A DNA stretch of 64,000 nt. Source: Octopus sinensis. Its lineage: Eukaryota. A model generated the notes under the pieces. The model searched no databases, was not told where the DNA came from, and worked only from the letters and a program-made list of their open reading frames with translations. Location: NCBI RefSeq assembly GCF_006345805.1, contig NC_043000.1, positions 82,150,001 through 82,214,000 on the forward strand, given 5' to 3'. Numbering within the stretch: position 1 is the first letter of the stretch; every line of letters starts with the position of its first letter. Positions 40,145-53,300 of this stretch are shown piece by piece. The translations under genes were made by a program, and so were the position numbers.

Positions 40145-40227
40145 GTTTACTGGCTATTGCAGAGAAATGAAACAGCTGCTGTTCTACTATTCTGCAACTT
40201 GAATCATCACACTTCAACTCCAAGGCT
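40145..40227 (+). other. Candidate 83-nt exon (VYWLLQRNETAAVLLFCNLNHHTSTPR), unrecognised
   Basis: Acceptor TTTTCATCTGTATTAACAG, consensus donor CT|GTGAGT, one open frame, in non-repetitive sequence. Confidence 0.3.
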
Positions 40228-40435
40228 GTGAGTATTGTATTTTTTCTTAGTATACCATTGATCTGTGTCTTTTCCTCACATTGAAATAATTCATCTCCTG
40301 TTACTAGCCTATCATCTTATTATTAAAATGCAAGCAGGGTTCAGCTGGAGCCGGTACTCAGCAGTTCACGCAAACTGGTTGTTATATATGCATGTTTTTA
40401 ATGAAAACTGGTTGTTAATATTTTGTTGTAACTAA

Positions 40436-41035
40436 TGGCGGCAAGCTGGCACAGTCGTTAGCACGCCGGGGAAATGCTTAGCGGTATTTCGTCTGCTGCT
40501 GCGTTCTGAGTTCAAATTCCACCGAGGTCGACTTTGGTTTTCATCCTTTCGAGGTCGATAAATTAAGTACCAGTTACACACTGGGGTCGATATAATCGAC
40601 TTAATCCGTTTGTCTGTCTTTGTTTGTCCCCTCTGTGTTTAGCCCCTTGTGGGTAGTAAAGAAATAGGTATTTCGTCTACCGCTACGCTCTGAGTTCAAA
40701 TTCCGCCGAGGTCGACTTTGCCTTTCATCCCCCAGGACCAATAAAATAAATACCATCTAAGAACTGGGGTCGACGAAATCGACCGAAATTGTTGGTCGTG
40801 TGCAAAAATTTGAAATCAATATTTTGTTGCAACTCGGACGGCGAGATGACAGAATCGTTAGCACGCGGGGCAAAACGCTAATCGGTTTTTCTTACATTAT
40901 TAGGTTCTGAGTTCAAATTCCACCGAATTGCCTTTCGAAGTTAATAAAGTTAGTATCAGTTGAAAACTAGGTTCGAATTAATCGGTTTACTCCCTTCCTG
41001 ATTATACAACCCTCGTGCTAAAATTTAAAATCAAT
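40436..41035 (+). mobile_element. Dimeric family-B SINE plus a further decayed copy
   Basis: Same head, body, linker, body layout as at 29533. Confidence 0.88.
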
Positions 41036-42102
41036 ATTTTGTAACTGTTTTTGACCGAAATATTTTTTCATTAAGAAAATTTTGACCGAAACATTTTCTC
41101 CATAGGAAATTCTCCATAGGAAAATAAGCATTTTACTCTAGACATTTTTGGCGTAATAGTTTCGCCGTACACATTTTATCCTTAAGAATTTTTGTTACGA
41201 GGCAAATAATAATATTATTTTAAAGAAAGGTAAGGGTGCCTTGTTTGAATTTAATGTTTACATTGTCGTTCTTTTGTTAATCAGTCTGATTAGAAAAAAA
41301 AAACAATTAGATGTTGGTTAACAAATAACTTATTTCAATTTTGTTAGTTCAGAGTCTTCTATGACAGAGCAATTATTATCTGTCTTCTAAATTCTAAAGT
41401 ATTATTTCCCCAACAGACTACAAACTAAAATATAAATTCAAGTCAAGTACTTTTTCAATACTAGCTTATATAACCTCACCAATCCTAACTGATAATGTAG
41501 TTGACTCTTAAATATTTTGAAGTGTAAAGTGCAAAGAAATGTACTGGAATGTTTATATATAATTGTGTATATATATCAATACTCATGAGTACATTCGTAA
41601 ATTATTGTGCTTAGGTGAAATTGTTTTCGCACCTGTTCCTATACACACTTTTCCGCCTCACGTCTGAAGTCGTTATCGCAACTCTATCTTCTAAATATTT
41701 GCCCCTATTTTCTTTCATTTTCAACTACATCCACTCCACTATTTTAACCTGTCATCGTAGCAGTGTTTCTGTATTTCGTTGAGGCATACCTTCCTGTTAT
41801 TTCTCTTATATCTTGTCTCGTTGGCATTTCACTTCCTCATATCAATCTGATCGCTTAACCATCACACTCTCTGCCAAATCAACTCTTCAACTTCAGTTTT
41901 TTTTACCCCTCGTCCATACTCTAACACGAAAACAAAAGCGACAAAACGTTATATTCTGCACTCTTCACATCGTGTAAGATTTTCTTAACAAAATTATTGA
42001 ATAATTTCACCAATGTAGAGAATCAACAGTTTCCAAGAAATGCAATGAAGCATTTTGGTGTTATATCGTATTAGATAAAAAAAAAAATCTTTTATCTTTT
42101 AC

Positions 42103-42330
42103 TAATTTCAGTCATTCGATCGCAGTCATGCCGGGGCACCGCCTTGAAGCATTTCAGTCGCGCGAATGAACCCCAGTACTTATTTTATCAGTCTCTTTTG
42201 TCGAATTGCTAATTTACGGGGGCGTAAACACACAACACCACTTATCAAGTGGTAGTAGAGGACAAACAAATATACAAGGACACACGCGCGCATGCACATA
42301 CATGCGCGCGCACACACACATAAACACATT
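42103..42330 (-). mobile_element. SINE family A, 3' half
   Basis: Reverse complement of the family-A 3' region. Confidence 0.75.
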
Positions 42331-42568
42331 TATATATGTATATATATATATATATATATAATATATATATATTATATAATATATATATATATATATATAG
42401 AAGTACATATTAGTACCCGCTTGGATTATATATGCCCATCAGGCAAAAGTTTTCGAAATTTTGGTTAGTAGAGTGTATATTTTGGTAACTAGAGTACATA
42501 TGTATATATATATATATATATACTTCCTTATTATTAAAATTGCAAAGACATCACAAAAATATCACAAA

Positions 42569-42612
42569 AAACTGCTACTCAGAGTTTTACGTTCCCATTT
42601 GTCGGACAGTTT
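42569..42612 (-). ncRNA. Degenerate hammerhead relic in a (TA)n-bounded pLTR-like segment
   Basis: Minus: AAACTGT-CCGACAA-ATG-GGAA-CGT-AAAAC-TCTG-AGTA|GCAGTTT. All three stems pair but the core has 3 substitutions. Confidence 0.5.
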
Positions 42613-42762
42613 AGATTGAGAAGCAGTTCTTCGAAATATGTATGTAATGTTTTTGCAGTTTTTTTTAAATAATAAAAGTATTAGAGTACGGTTTTATTCC
42701 GGTATTCGAGTACTATTTTATCCCACCTTGTTTCACATTTATGTGCTAACCTTGGTATATAC

Positions 42763-42823
<61 letters not shown>

Positions 42824-42830
42824 TATTGGT

Positions 42831-43135
42831 GTGTCTGGGGAGAGTATTACTGTCTTAATGCCTTATTATCTAACACACTCACCGGTCCAATTTCCACTCA
42901 TTTATTATTTGTGTGTTTTTTCTTCTAAAATTTTCGTTGTATTAGCAACCTTGTTAATGGATGTTGATTCTGTCCGTTATCAGAGCTGCGCGGACGGAGT
43001 CAACATCTATTAACAAGTTTGCAAAAGAAACGAAAATTTTGAAAGAAGAAAAAATACATAAATAATGAGTGGAAATTGAACCGGCAAGTGTGTTAGATAA
43101 CAAGACATTAAAAGAGTATGACTCTTCCCAGGCAC
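42831..43135. repeat. ~305-bp imperfect palindrome (foldback/MITE-like) abutting (TA)n
   Basis: GTGTCTGGGGAGAGTATTACT...GTCCG, a 14-nt loop TTATCAGAGCTGCG, then CGGAC...AGTATGACTCTTCCCAGGCAC. Confidence 0.85.
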
Positions 43136-43250
43136 AACAAAATGCGCTTCAACACACGAATTGGCATAAAAAATCTTGCAAACCAGATACAAAAACTATG
43201 TATATATATAAATATATATGTATATAAAATTGAACTTATGTCGAAAGTCA

Positions 43251-43850
43251 GCTTTAGAAGCGTTGAAATATACAGATAAGGAAATAATTTTATTTTCAAA
43301 CGCAGGATAATGCTAATAACAGCATGAACAGAATAAACTATCCACATTTTGTAGATAAATCTGTCGGCGGCTTACTATGAGACTCAAACTCACATCCTTG
43401 TGATTACGCGTCCAAAGCTCTACCATTCAGCTAAACTCACCCAACGATGAATTCTTCTGCAAATTTAGGATATATAAATCTAGCTTTATAAGACGCTTTC
43501 GTGCTTTAAGCGTTAAGACGTATTGAAAGATACAGATAAAGAAATAATTTTATTCTCAAACGCAGGATAATGCTAATGATATAGCATAAACAGGACAAAT
43601 TATCCATATATTACGGAAAAATCTTATAAAGTTATATTAATATATGCTAAATTTGTAGAATTTGTCGTTGGATCATTTTAGCTTAATGGTAAAGCACTAG
43701 ATGCGTAATCACAGGAGTGTGAATTCGAGTTTCATGGTTGGCTGACGACAGATTTTTCTGCAAAATATGGATAGTTTATCCAGTTCATGCTATATTATCA
43801 GCATCATCCTGCGTTTGATTGCAAAATTATTTCCCTATCTGTGTATATTT
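43251..43850. repeat. ~255-bp unit containing a tRNA-like segment, in tandem (minus) and inverted (plus) copies
   Basis: Plus copy 43612-43850 has TAGCTTAATGGTAAAGC..GCGTAATC..GAATTCGAGT. The minus copy is at 43251-43500 and a partial minus copy at 43505-43615. Confidence 0.75.
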
Positions 43851-43984
43851 ACTCCATAGCATATTTTTCCAAAATAAAGTCAGGGTTTATAGTACATGTG
43901 TTCCGCCATCGTTGCTCTATGGAACTGAGACAAGTTTTCTTTAACGTAAGCATTTGGAGCGATATCATCAATATTGTATTAGAA

Positions 43985-44730
43985 AAATTCTTTGGATAAC
44001 TTGGAAAATGGCGATCAGTGATGTGGAAGTACTTGAGAGAAGTCGAAGAGTGTAGAATAGATGATTCTGCAAAGTCACCTGAGGTGAGGTTGAAATCTGG
44101 TTAGAATGAATGATGAAAGACTTCCTAAACAACTTTTGTATGATGAGCCGGGATATGGTAGGATGCCAGTACAGAAACCCAAAATGCGGTTGAAGGACTG
44201 CTTCAGAATTTCTCTGATACAGACAGGAGTTTCAGAGGGTGGCACAAGACCGAAATGGATGGAGGAAAAGAGTGCATAGTGGTTGTTCGAAGTTTGAAAG
44301 AGAGAAAATGACGCACGTGAAGCTCCAGAGAAGGTTTAGAAAAAATGAACCTGTGAAAAATGAGGGAGTGTTGCTTTTTATGTGTGTGATTTGTGGGAGG
44401 AGATGTCTGAGTAATGCAGGCCTGATCAGCCATCAGAGAACTTACAGAAATCAACCCCCTCGAAATTGTGATACGGCTATTGTTCACAACAGAACATGTG
44501 CAACGTGTGGAATGGTCTGCCTTTCAGTTGGAGGATTGAAAGGGCATATAAAAAAGACTTCGTACTGTGGCACCTGTTCCCTCTGTCAGCCAGCACAGCT
44601 GTGTATTATGCAATATAATGTGCAAATCTTTGGCCAGACTCAAGAGTCATACATGAGCCTCACATTGCATCATTGATACATTACAATAATTCTTTCTATG
44701 AATGGCTTTGCTCGATACGAGAAAGCAGTT
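43985..44730 (+). pseudogene. RTE-clade LINE 3' fragment with C2H2 zinc knuckles
   Basis: RMNDERLPKQLLYDE..KPKMRLKDC..AQDRNGWRKRVHSG..CVICGRRCLSNAGLISHQR..CATCGMVCLSVGGLKGH. Confidence 0.85.
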
Positions 44731-44739
44731 ACGATATAT

Positions 44740-44748
44740 ATATTATAT

Positions 44749-44796
<48 letters not shown>

Positions 44797-44797
44797 T

Positions 44798-44833
<36 letters not shown>

Positions 44834-44916
44834 CTAGCTAGCTAGCTAGCTAGATAGATAGATACACACACACGCACGCACGCACACACACGCACGCACA
44901 CACACACACGCACACA

Positions 44917-44955
<39 letters not shown>
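44740..44955. repeat. Compound microsatellite (TA)/(GA)/(GCTA)/(GATA)/(CA)
   Basis: Seen directly. Confidence 0.95.
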
Positions 44956-44959
<4 letters not shown>

Positions 44960-45414
44960 GAACTGTTTAGATAGTTTCAAATAGAAGAAATTAAAAGAAT
45001 AAAAGTACTGATGTTTATGTTTCCAAATAATTTAATAAAATATCACCGATATTCACATTCCAATTTAATTACAAACTGCTTCCATTATCGAATACTCTCG
45101 CTCTTTAAATATTTTTATTATGACTGAATACTTTATATATAGACATACATATTATTAACATAAATATCTGGACATTATATTGAAAACCTCAGTCAGAATT
45201 TTGTCAAACCTACTAACCCTCATGCACACACGTAAGTTCTTGGGTTATTTTGGCTTCTTACCCATAAAACAAATTGAAGCAGATGGATAGCACATCAGAA
45301 GTGCTATTTGATAATTACGTGGAAGACTTTGGTGGGCGACAGCACAACAATACATACATAAGACGGAGCATGGTGATGTTCAAGTATTTGAAAATACTGG
45401 TTTAAAATTTTTGC

Positions 45415-45608
45415 ACAAGGCCAGCGGTTACGGGAGACGATTTAAGTCGATTACATCGACCCCAGTGCTCAGCTAGTACTTATCTTACCGACCCTGAAAG
45501 GATGAAGGCAAAGTCGACCTCGGCGAAATCTGAACTCACAACGTGAAGACGGACGAAATGCCGCTAAGCAGTTTGTCCGGCGTGATAACGATTGTACCAG
45601 CTCGTCAC
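45415..45608 (-). mobile_element. SINE family B
   Basis: Reverse complement of the family-B head and body. Confidence 0.85.
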
Positions 45609-46053
45609 TTTATATTATTTGAAAATATTCTCAACACTTAACGTGAAAATTATTATCTTTAATTGTTTATTTATATAATTGATATGTTCTAAAATTCAAA
45701 ACGGAATTTTTATTTCCTCTTAGAATACAAAACTACACTATCTTAATATTCAAAGATTTCCAATTATCATTTGGATTGACAACGAGTGTATTCCCCTATA
45801 CATTGCGTTGCATGCAGTCACAGTTTACTAGTATTTTCATCTCGAGCGATGATGCACAGAAAGAAACTTCTGGTCGCTATGAAGTTTTGAAATTCTAATA
45901 GCCACAATGAAATTGTTGCGTATCAAATGTATTGAGTTCTCCCTACCTTAAAGCTACTCGTACATATATCGATGCTCTCTCTCTCACACACATACACTTA
46001 TATATATATATATATATATAATATATATACAATATATTATATATATATATATA

Positions 46054-46266
46054 CTCTTTACTCTTTCTACTCTTTTACTTGTTTCAGTCATTTGACTGTG
46101 GCCATGCTGGAGCACTGCCTTTAGTGGAGCAAATAGACCCCAGGACTTATTGTTTGTGAGCCTTTACGGTCTCTTTTGCTGAACCGCTAAGTTACGGGGA
46201 CGTAAACACACCAGCATCGGTTGTCAAGCGATGTTGGGGGTCAGACACAGACACACAAACACACAT

Positions 46267-46301
<35 letters not shown>

Positions 46302-46473
46302 CATATATACGACAGGCTTCTTTCAGTTTCCGTTTACAAAATCCACTCACAAGGCTTTGGTCGGCCCGGGACTATAGCAGAAGATACTTGCCCATGGTGC
46401 CACGCAGTGGGACTGAACCCGCTACCATGTGGCTGGTAAACAAGCTACTTACCACGCAGCCACTCCTACGCCT
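46054..46473 (-). mobile_element. SINE family A, full length
   Basis: Reverse complement of the 20519 copy. Confidence 0.92.
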
Positions 46474-46489
46474 ATACACACACACATTG

Positions 46490-46507
46490 GTATGTGTATA
46501 TATATAT

Positions 46508-46580
<73 letters not shown>

Positions 46581-46672
46581 CATATATTATATATGTATAT
46601 ATATCTATGTATGTATTTATATATATTTAATGTGTTTTTGTATACATGTATATGTTTACATATACATACATA

Positions 46673-46730
<58 letters not shown>

Positions 46731-46740
46731 TATATATATC

Positions 46741-46773
<33 letters not shown>

Positions 46774-46795
46774 GTATATATGTATGTATGAATAT

Positions 46796-46827
<32 letters not shown>

Positions 46828-46995
46828 AATATATATATATATAGGCATATGTACACATGCATACATCCACAACCATACCCGACGCAAATACGCATATATG
46901 TTATATATATATACTATATATATATATATATATATATATCTATATATATATATAATATTAATATATATATATATATGGATATGTATATGTATGTA

Positions 46996-47060
<65 letters not shown>

Positions 47061-47151
47061 TATATATTATAGGCATATGTACACATGCATACATCCACAA
47101 CCATACCCGCACGCAATACGCATATATGTTATATATATATATATATATTAT

Positions 47152-47190
<39 letters not shown>
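46490..47190. repeat. Long (TA)n-rich tract containing a ~228-bp tandem duplication
   Basis: AGGCATATGTACACATGCATACATCCACAACCATACCCG occurs at about 46843 and 47071. Confidence 0.9.
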
Positions 47191-47193
<3 letters not shown>

Positions 47194-50100
47194 CGGGAAG
47201 CTTTATGAAAATAAACAAAGACGAAGGCAGGTGGAAAACAAACGAACAAGTGTTATTAGTATGGCGCTCAGGAAATATAAATAAAACAAGTCTTTAACGT
47301 TTCGAGCCTACGCTCTTCAACAGAAAGATACACCGAGAGAGAAAAACACAGAAAGAAGGAGAGAAAAAAATGCGTGCAGTAGCTAACGAATCAACATGGC
47401 GATCTGATTTCGGCCAGAGGTCAAAGATCAACATGAGACGCGAGAGCGAAATAAGGGGAGATAATAGGGTTGAGGACCAGCTAAAAGTGCGTGGGAGGGG
47501 TCTGGATGTGTATGTATAGGGTTGGTGTATGTATTAGTATGTATAAGGGTGTGTGTGTGTGTGTGTGTGTGTATGAGAGAGTATTAGTGCGTGGGATTGG
47601 TCTGGACGTGTCGTATGTATGGGGTGGTGTATGTATTAGTATGTATTAGTATGTATTAGTACGTATTGGTATGTATAGGTGTGTGTGTGTGTGTGTGAGA
47701 GAGTCTAAGTGCGTATGCGGGGTGGACGTGTGTATGTATAGGGTGGTGTAAGTATTAGTATGTACTAGTATGTATTAGTACGTATTAGTATGTATTAGTT
47801 GGGTGTGTGTATTAGTATGTGCACATCATATGTGATGTGATGTGTAAAGTCATGTGGTGTAGTGAGGAGAAGAGGGGGAGGGAGAAGGAGAAGGGGAGGG
47901 GAAGAAGGGGGGGGGAGGGGAAGAGGAGAGGATGGGAGAAGGAAGGGGAGGAGAGGGATGAAGGAGGGAAGAGGGAGATGGGGAGAGAGAAGGGGAGAGA
48001 GGGAGCAGAGGGAAGAGGAAGAGGGAGGGAGAAGAGGGAAGAAGGGAAGGGGAGTAGGGGTGAAGGATGAAGGACTGAAGAAGTGGGGGTCTGGGGGAGA
48101 AAGGATAGGTGAGGAGGGGAGAGGGGGTTAGATGAGGGAGGGGGGGGGAGAGTTGAGAACCAATGGCGTATAAGAGCGAAGAGAGAAGATTAATTCCTTT
48201 TCACGGCGCAAACGGGAATCCGGATGGCCTCTGTGTAAGGACAACCGAACACAGATAGGTGTTGCAAGGAGTGACCGGGGAGCGGAAATGGCGTGAGACC
48301 GGTGTGTCGTTCGCAAGGTGGATGTCACGAAGGTGTTCCGCGAACCGGTCAGAGCCAAGCGGCGTCCCGTTTGTCCGATGTACAAGGAATTGCAGAGAGA
48401 GCAAGAGATGCAATAGATAATATTGAGGAGGTGCAGGTGAAGGAGTGGATGATGGGAAGGGTCGATGGTGGGTGCTAGTGAGGCGGGTGGGTTGGAGAGG
48501 GTAGGGCAAGTGCGGCAACGTGGGCGGGAGCAGGGGAACGAGCCGGGTTGGGAGGTAGGGTCAGGGAAGGAGCTATGGACCAAAAGGTCTCGAAGGTTGT
48601 GGGCTCGTTGAATGAAGAGGGGAGGGGTCGGTTAGGGAAGAGGTGGTGTGAAGTGGACGGGTCGGACTGGAGATGACGGAAAGCTCGAAGAATGGTGTGC
48701 GTTGGAGACGTAGGGTCGTGGGTGGTAAGTGAGGGGAAAAGGGAGGGCGGGAGACTACAGGCGGGTTCGGGGAGAGAGAGCAGAACACGGTCCACGGACC
48801 GTGCTCTGGCAAGCGGTGTGGATAGTGGTGAGGGGGTATCCACGTAGGGTGAAGTGGTGAGCCATACGTTAGACTGAGTCTCAAAGTCATGGTCGTCCAC
48901 TACAGAGCCTACGTAGACGGAGAATTGGGAATAGGGATGGAAAAGCTTGGTGTGTTCTGGGTGGGAGGAAGAGAAGTTGAGGTATGAGTGTGAGTCTGTG
49001 TGTTGTAGTGAATGGAGGTGGTAAGAGTGGAGTCAAGAATGCTAACCGAAATGTCGAGGAAGGAGACAGAGGTGTTGGAGATAGTGGAAGTGAGTGGAGG
49101 GCTGATGGAAAGATTGGACGAAAGAGAGGAGGAAATCTAGATGTTCGCGGGAGAGTGAGGTGGCACCGATAATGTCGTCAATATAACGACCATATAGTTC
49201 AGGAGTGGGACCAGTGAAAGTAGAGAATTTTGGGCCTCAACATAGCCAACGAACAGTTCGCATAGTTGGGGCCCATTCGCGTTCCCATGGCCACTCCCGG
49301 ATACCTGATGGTAGAACTCGCCCGCGAACGAGAAGCAGTTCAGAGTAGAGGACAAGTTCGGCCAGACGAATGAGTGTGGAGGTGTCAGGTACAGGGTTAG
49401 ACGCGAGGTCAAGAAAGTGTCGAAGGGCCTGCAGTCCTTCGTGGTGAGGGATAACAGTATAGAGGCTTTGGATGTCCATAGTAAAAAGATTTTGAGGAGC
49501 CGGGAGGAGGAGAAGAGTTGAAAAGACCGGAGAGCATGGTGGTATCGTGGATGTGGGAGGGAAGAGATGCCACTAGGGGGGCAAGGACACGGTCGAGGTA
49601 TTTAGAGATGAGCTCCGTGGGGCAGTTACAGGCGGAGACGAGGGGCGGCCAGGTTGTTGGGTTTTGTGGATTTTGGGGAGGAAGTAAAATGGTGGGGGTA
49701 CGTGGGGTTCGCACAATTAGGTTGGATGCGGTGCGGGGGAGACGGAGGGACGAGATGAGGTCTTGGACAGTAGAGGATACCGTCTGTTGGTAGCTACGTG
49801 TGGGGTTAGAGGCAGAGGGGAATAGAAGGAGGTGTCATTGAGTTGGCGGAAAGCCTCGGCCCTATAGAGGTCCGCGCGCCACACCACTACAGCTCTCCAC
49901 CCTTGTCAGCCGGTTTGATGATAATGTCACGCGCCGTTGGAGGGAACGAAGAGCCAAGAGCTCAGCCGGGAGAGGTTGAGGCGGCGTTGGCGCCTGGAGA
50001 AGTTGAACCGCTCCAATGCACGCTGACAAGCGCCCGCCGAAAAGATCCACTGCTAGGATCTGGCCAGGGGCAGGCGTCCGGGGATGGTCGGCGGCCCAGG

Positions 50101-50210
50101 CCAGTGAAGCAGTCGTCCTCTTCGTTGGGTGTGGGTGGCGAGTCGTGGTAATGCGCCACCCAACCGGACACGCGCACAAAGCTGTGGACATCAACTCGCG
50201 TCTATATATA
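47190..50210 (-). mobile_element. GC-rich Penelope-like element (Neptune-type Cys linker), 5'-truncated, (TA)n at both ends
   Basis: IIIKPADKG, PKIHK, VSACNCPTELIS, MDIQSLYTVIPH, AMGTRMGPNYA, GRYIDDI (RT), CSRPRCRTC linker, NIIYCISCSLCNSLYIGQTGR..RFAEH (GIY-YIG); then a pyrimidine tract and pLTR at about 47190-47470. Confidence 0.95.
47291..47328 (-). ncRNA. Minimal type I hammerhead motif in the PLE pLTR (one core substitution)
   Basis: Minus: TCTTT-CTGTTGA-A-GAGC-GTAG-GCTC-GAAACGTT|AAAGA. Confidence 0.65.
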
Positions 50211-50274
50211 TACATATAGGCTGAGTTGATCTTGTTACGTATAGTCGGTAAGTATTTGTCCAGAAAAGTTTACG

Positions 50275-51250
<976 letters not shown>

Positions 51251-51524
51251 ATATATATACCACACTCATACATACGCATATATATATATGTATTTATGCA
51301 CACATTCTCACATTTTATTCTTATTTTTCACACTTTGAATTGATTTGTCTATATCACTGTTTATCTCCCTTGTGTGCCTTGCTCTTCTCTCACAATATTC
51401 CGATCACTCTCTCCTCCAAGCCTTTTTCTCCCTTTCTCTGTTTCTCTTCTTTTTACATCACACTCTTATCTCGTATTTGTTTATTTAATTTCTCGTTTTA
51501 TCTCTTTCCATTTCCTTTATCTCG

Positions 51525-51570
<46 letters not shown>

Positions 51571-51769
51571 TTTCTTTCTTTCTCTCTCTCTCTCTCTCTT
51601 TCTTTCTCTCTTTCTGTCTCTCTCCCTTTCTCCCTCTCTCCATCTTACTATCTCTCAACTCCCCCTTTCCCTCTTTTTTCTGTTCTTACTTTTTTTCCCT
51701 TAACTCTTAACACTCGCAAGATATTAAGACAGAGATAAGCATATTCTCTTTCAAAACTAACCCGGGGCG

Positions 51770-52240
51770 TCAATCAAAATGCACAAAAACAGCAACTACT
51801 ACTACTACACTACTACTACTACTACATAACAGTGACAACACAAGATCAATAACATCATCATCTTTATTATCATAATCATCATCATCATCAACAGCAACAA
51901 CAGCAACAACAACACAAGCAACCGTAACAATAACAAAAGGAAAAACAAACGTTAAGATGAACAGAATTAGTGGCAAAAAATAACAGCTAAAGTAGCAGCA
52001 ATGAGAACTGTATAAACGAATACCACGTCAACATCAACAACAACAAGAGTTACAGAAATCTAGGCAGCAATAACAACTACAACAACTAAAAGAATAATGG
52101 CAACAACAGAGACAGTTACAAGAACAAGGAAAACAACAACAACAGCAGCAGGAGCTTCGGAAACCAACCAAAGCAGCAGCAGAAGCAACAACAACAGCAA
52201 CAACAAAAGTAACAATATCATCAGCTACAACGGCAACCAC

Positions 52241-52272
<32 letters not shown>

Positions 52273-53300
52273 TGACTAGAACAACAACAAAAACCTCAAC
52301 AATAACAACAATAACAATAATAATAACAACGACTACAACAGTACCAATAACAACATCATCATCAACAACAACAACAGCAACAGCAATGACAACAACAATG
52401 AGTACAACAGCAATGACTAGAACAACAGCAACGACAACAAAAATCTCAACAATAACAACAACCTCAGCAACAACAACAACAATAATAATGATAATAACAA
52501 TAACTAGAACAGCAGCAACAACATCAACAACAACAACAACAATGAAAACACAACAGCAGTAACAGCAAAAGCTGCAACAACTGCAATGACTACAACAACA
52601 ACAACAAAAGCAAGTACAATAAGCACAACATCAACTATAGCAACAACAACGATATTAACATCAGTTCGATACCCAGGGTTGGTAAATATCCGAACTTAAT
52701 TGAAAACATTCGCTTAGAGCAAATTTTCCCCACCACATCCTTCACCGCTTCATCTTTCATCTCCATAGCAACATCAAAATCTTCTATCTCCGCTACCAAT
52801 TCTGCAAACACCAATACCATTGCCTTCACTAACACTACCACTACACCGCCGTCATTGCCACCATCATGTCTATCACCGTCCCTATAATACCATTATTTCA
52901 ACCTCCGCCGCCACCAAGACCACTGGCACCACCATCACCATCACCACCATTACCACCACCATTACCATCGCCACTCTTGTAGTTAGTTTGTTCAGCAAGT
53001 GAGATGCCGTACTCCTCCACATCTCCGTTTGTCGCCTCTTTCTCTCTCTGCCACCCCATAAGAACACCTTCTCTCTTGAGTCGGCTCATCAACTCCCTTA
53101 ACAAAAGTAAAGAAAACAACAAGAAATCCAAGACGAACAGACATACATATATGCATAGACAGAGAGAAACGTACGCATGTGTAGAGGTGGTAGTTGTGGT
53201 AACGGTCGTGATAGTGATGATGACAATAGTAGCGATGGGGATAGAGGTGCTGGCGGTCATGATGGTTATGGTGGTTGAGGTAGTGAGGCTCTGATCATAT
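51770..53300. repeat. Degenerate (AAC)n/(ACC)n/(GGT)n trinucleotide low-complexity region
   Basis: Seen directly; ACAATGACTAGAACAAC/GC recurs at about 52269 and 52412. Confidence 0.9.

Noticed and set aside
43672-43750. Functional tRNA gene (also the SINE heads at 4668, 31447 and elsewhere)
   Set aside because: A and B boxes are present but the acceptor and T stems do not close; treated as tRNA-derived repeats.
52272-52562. Thr-rich mucin-like ORF
   Set aside because: Lies in degenerate (AAC)n with no signal peptide or splice support.
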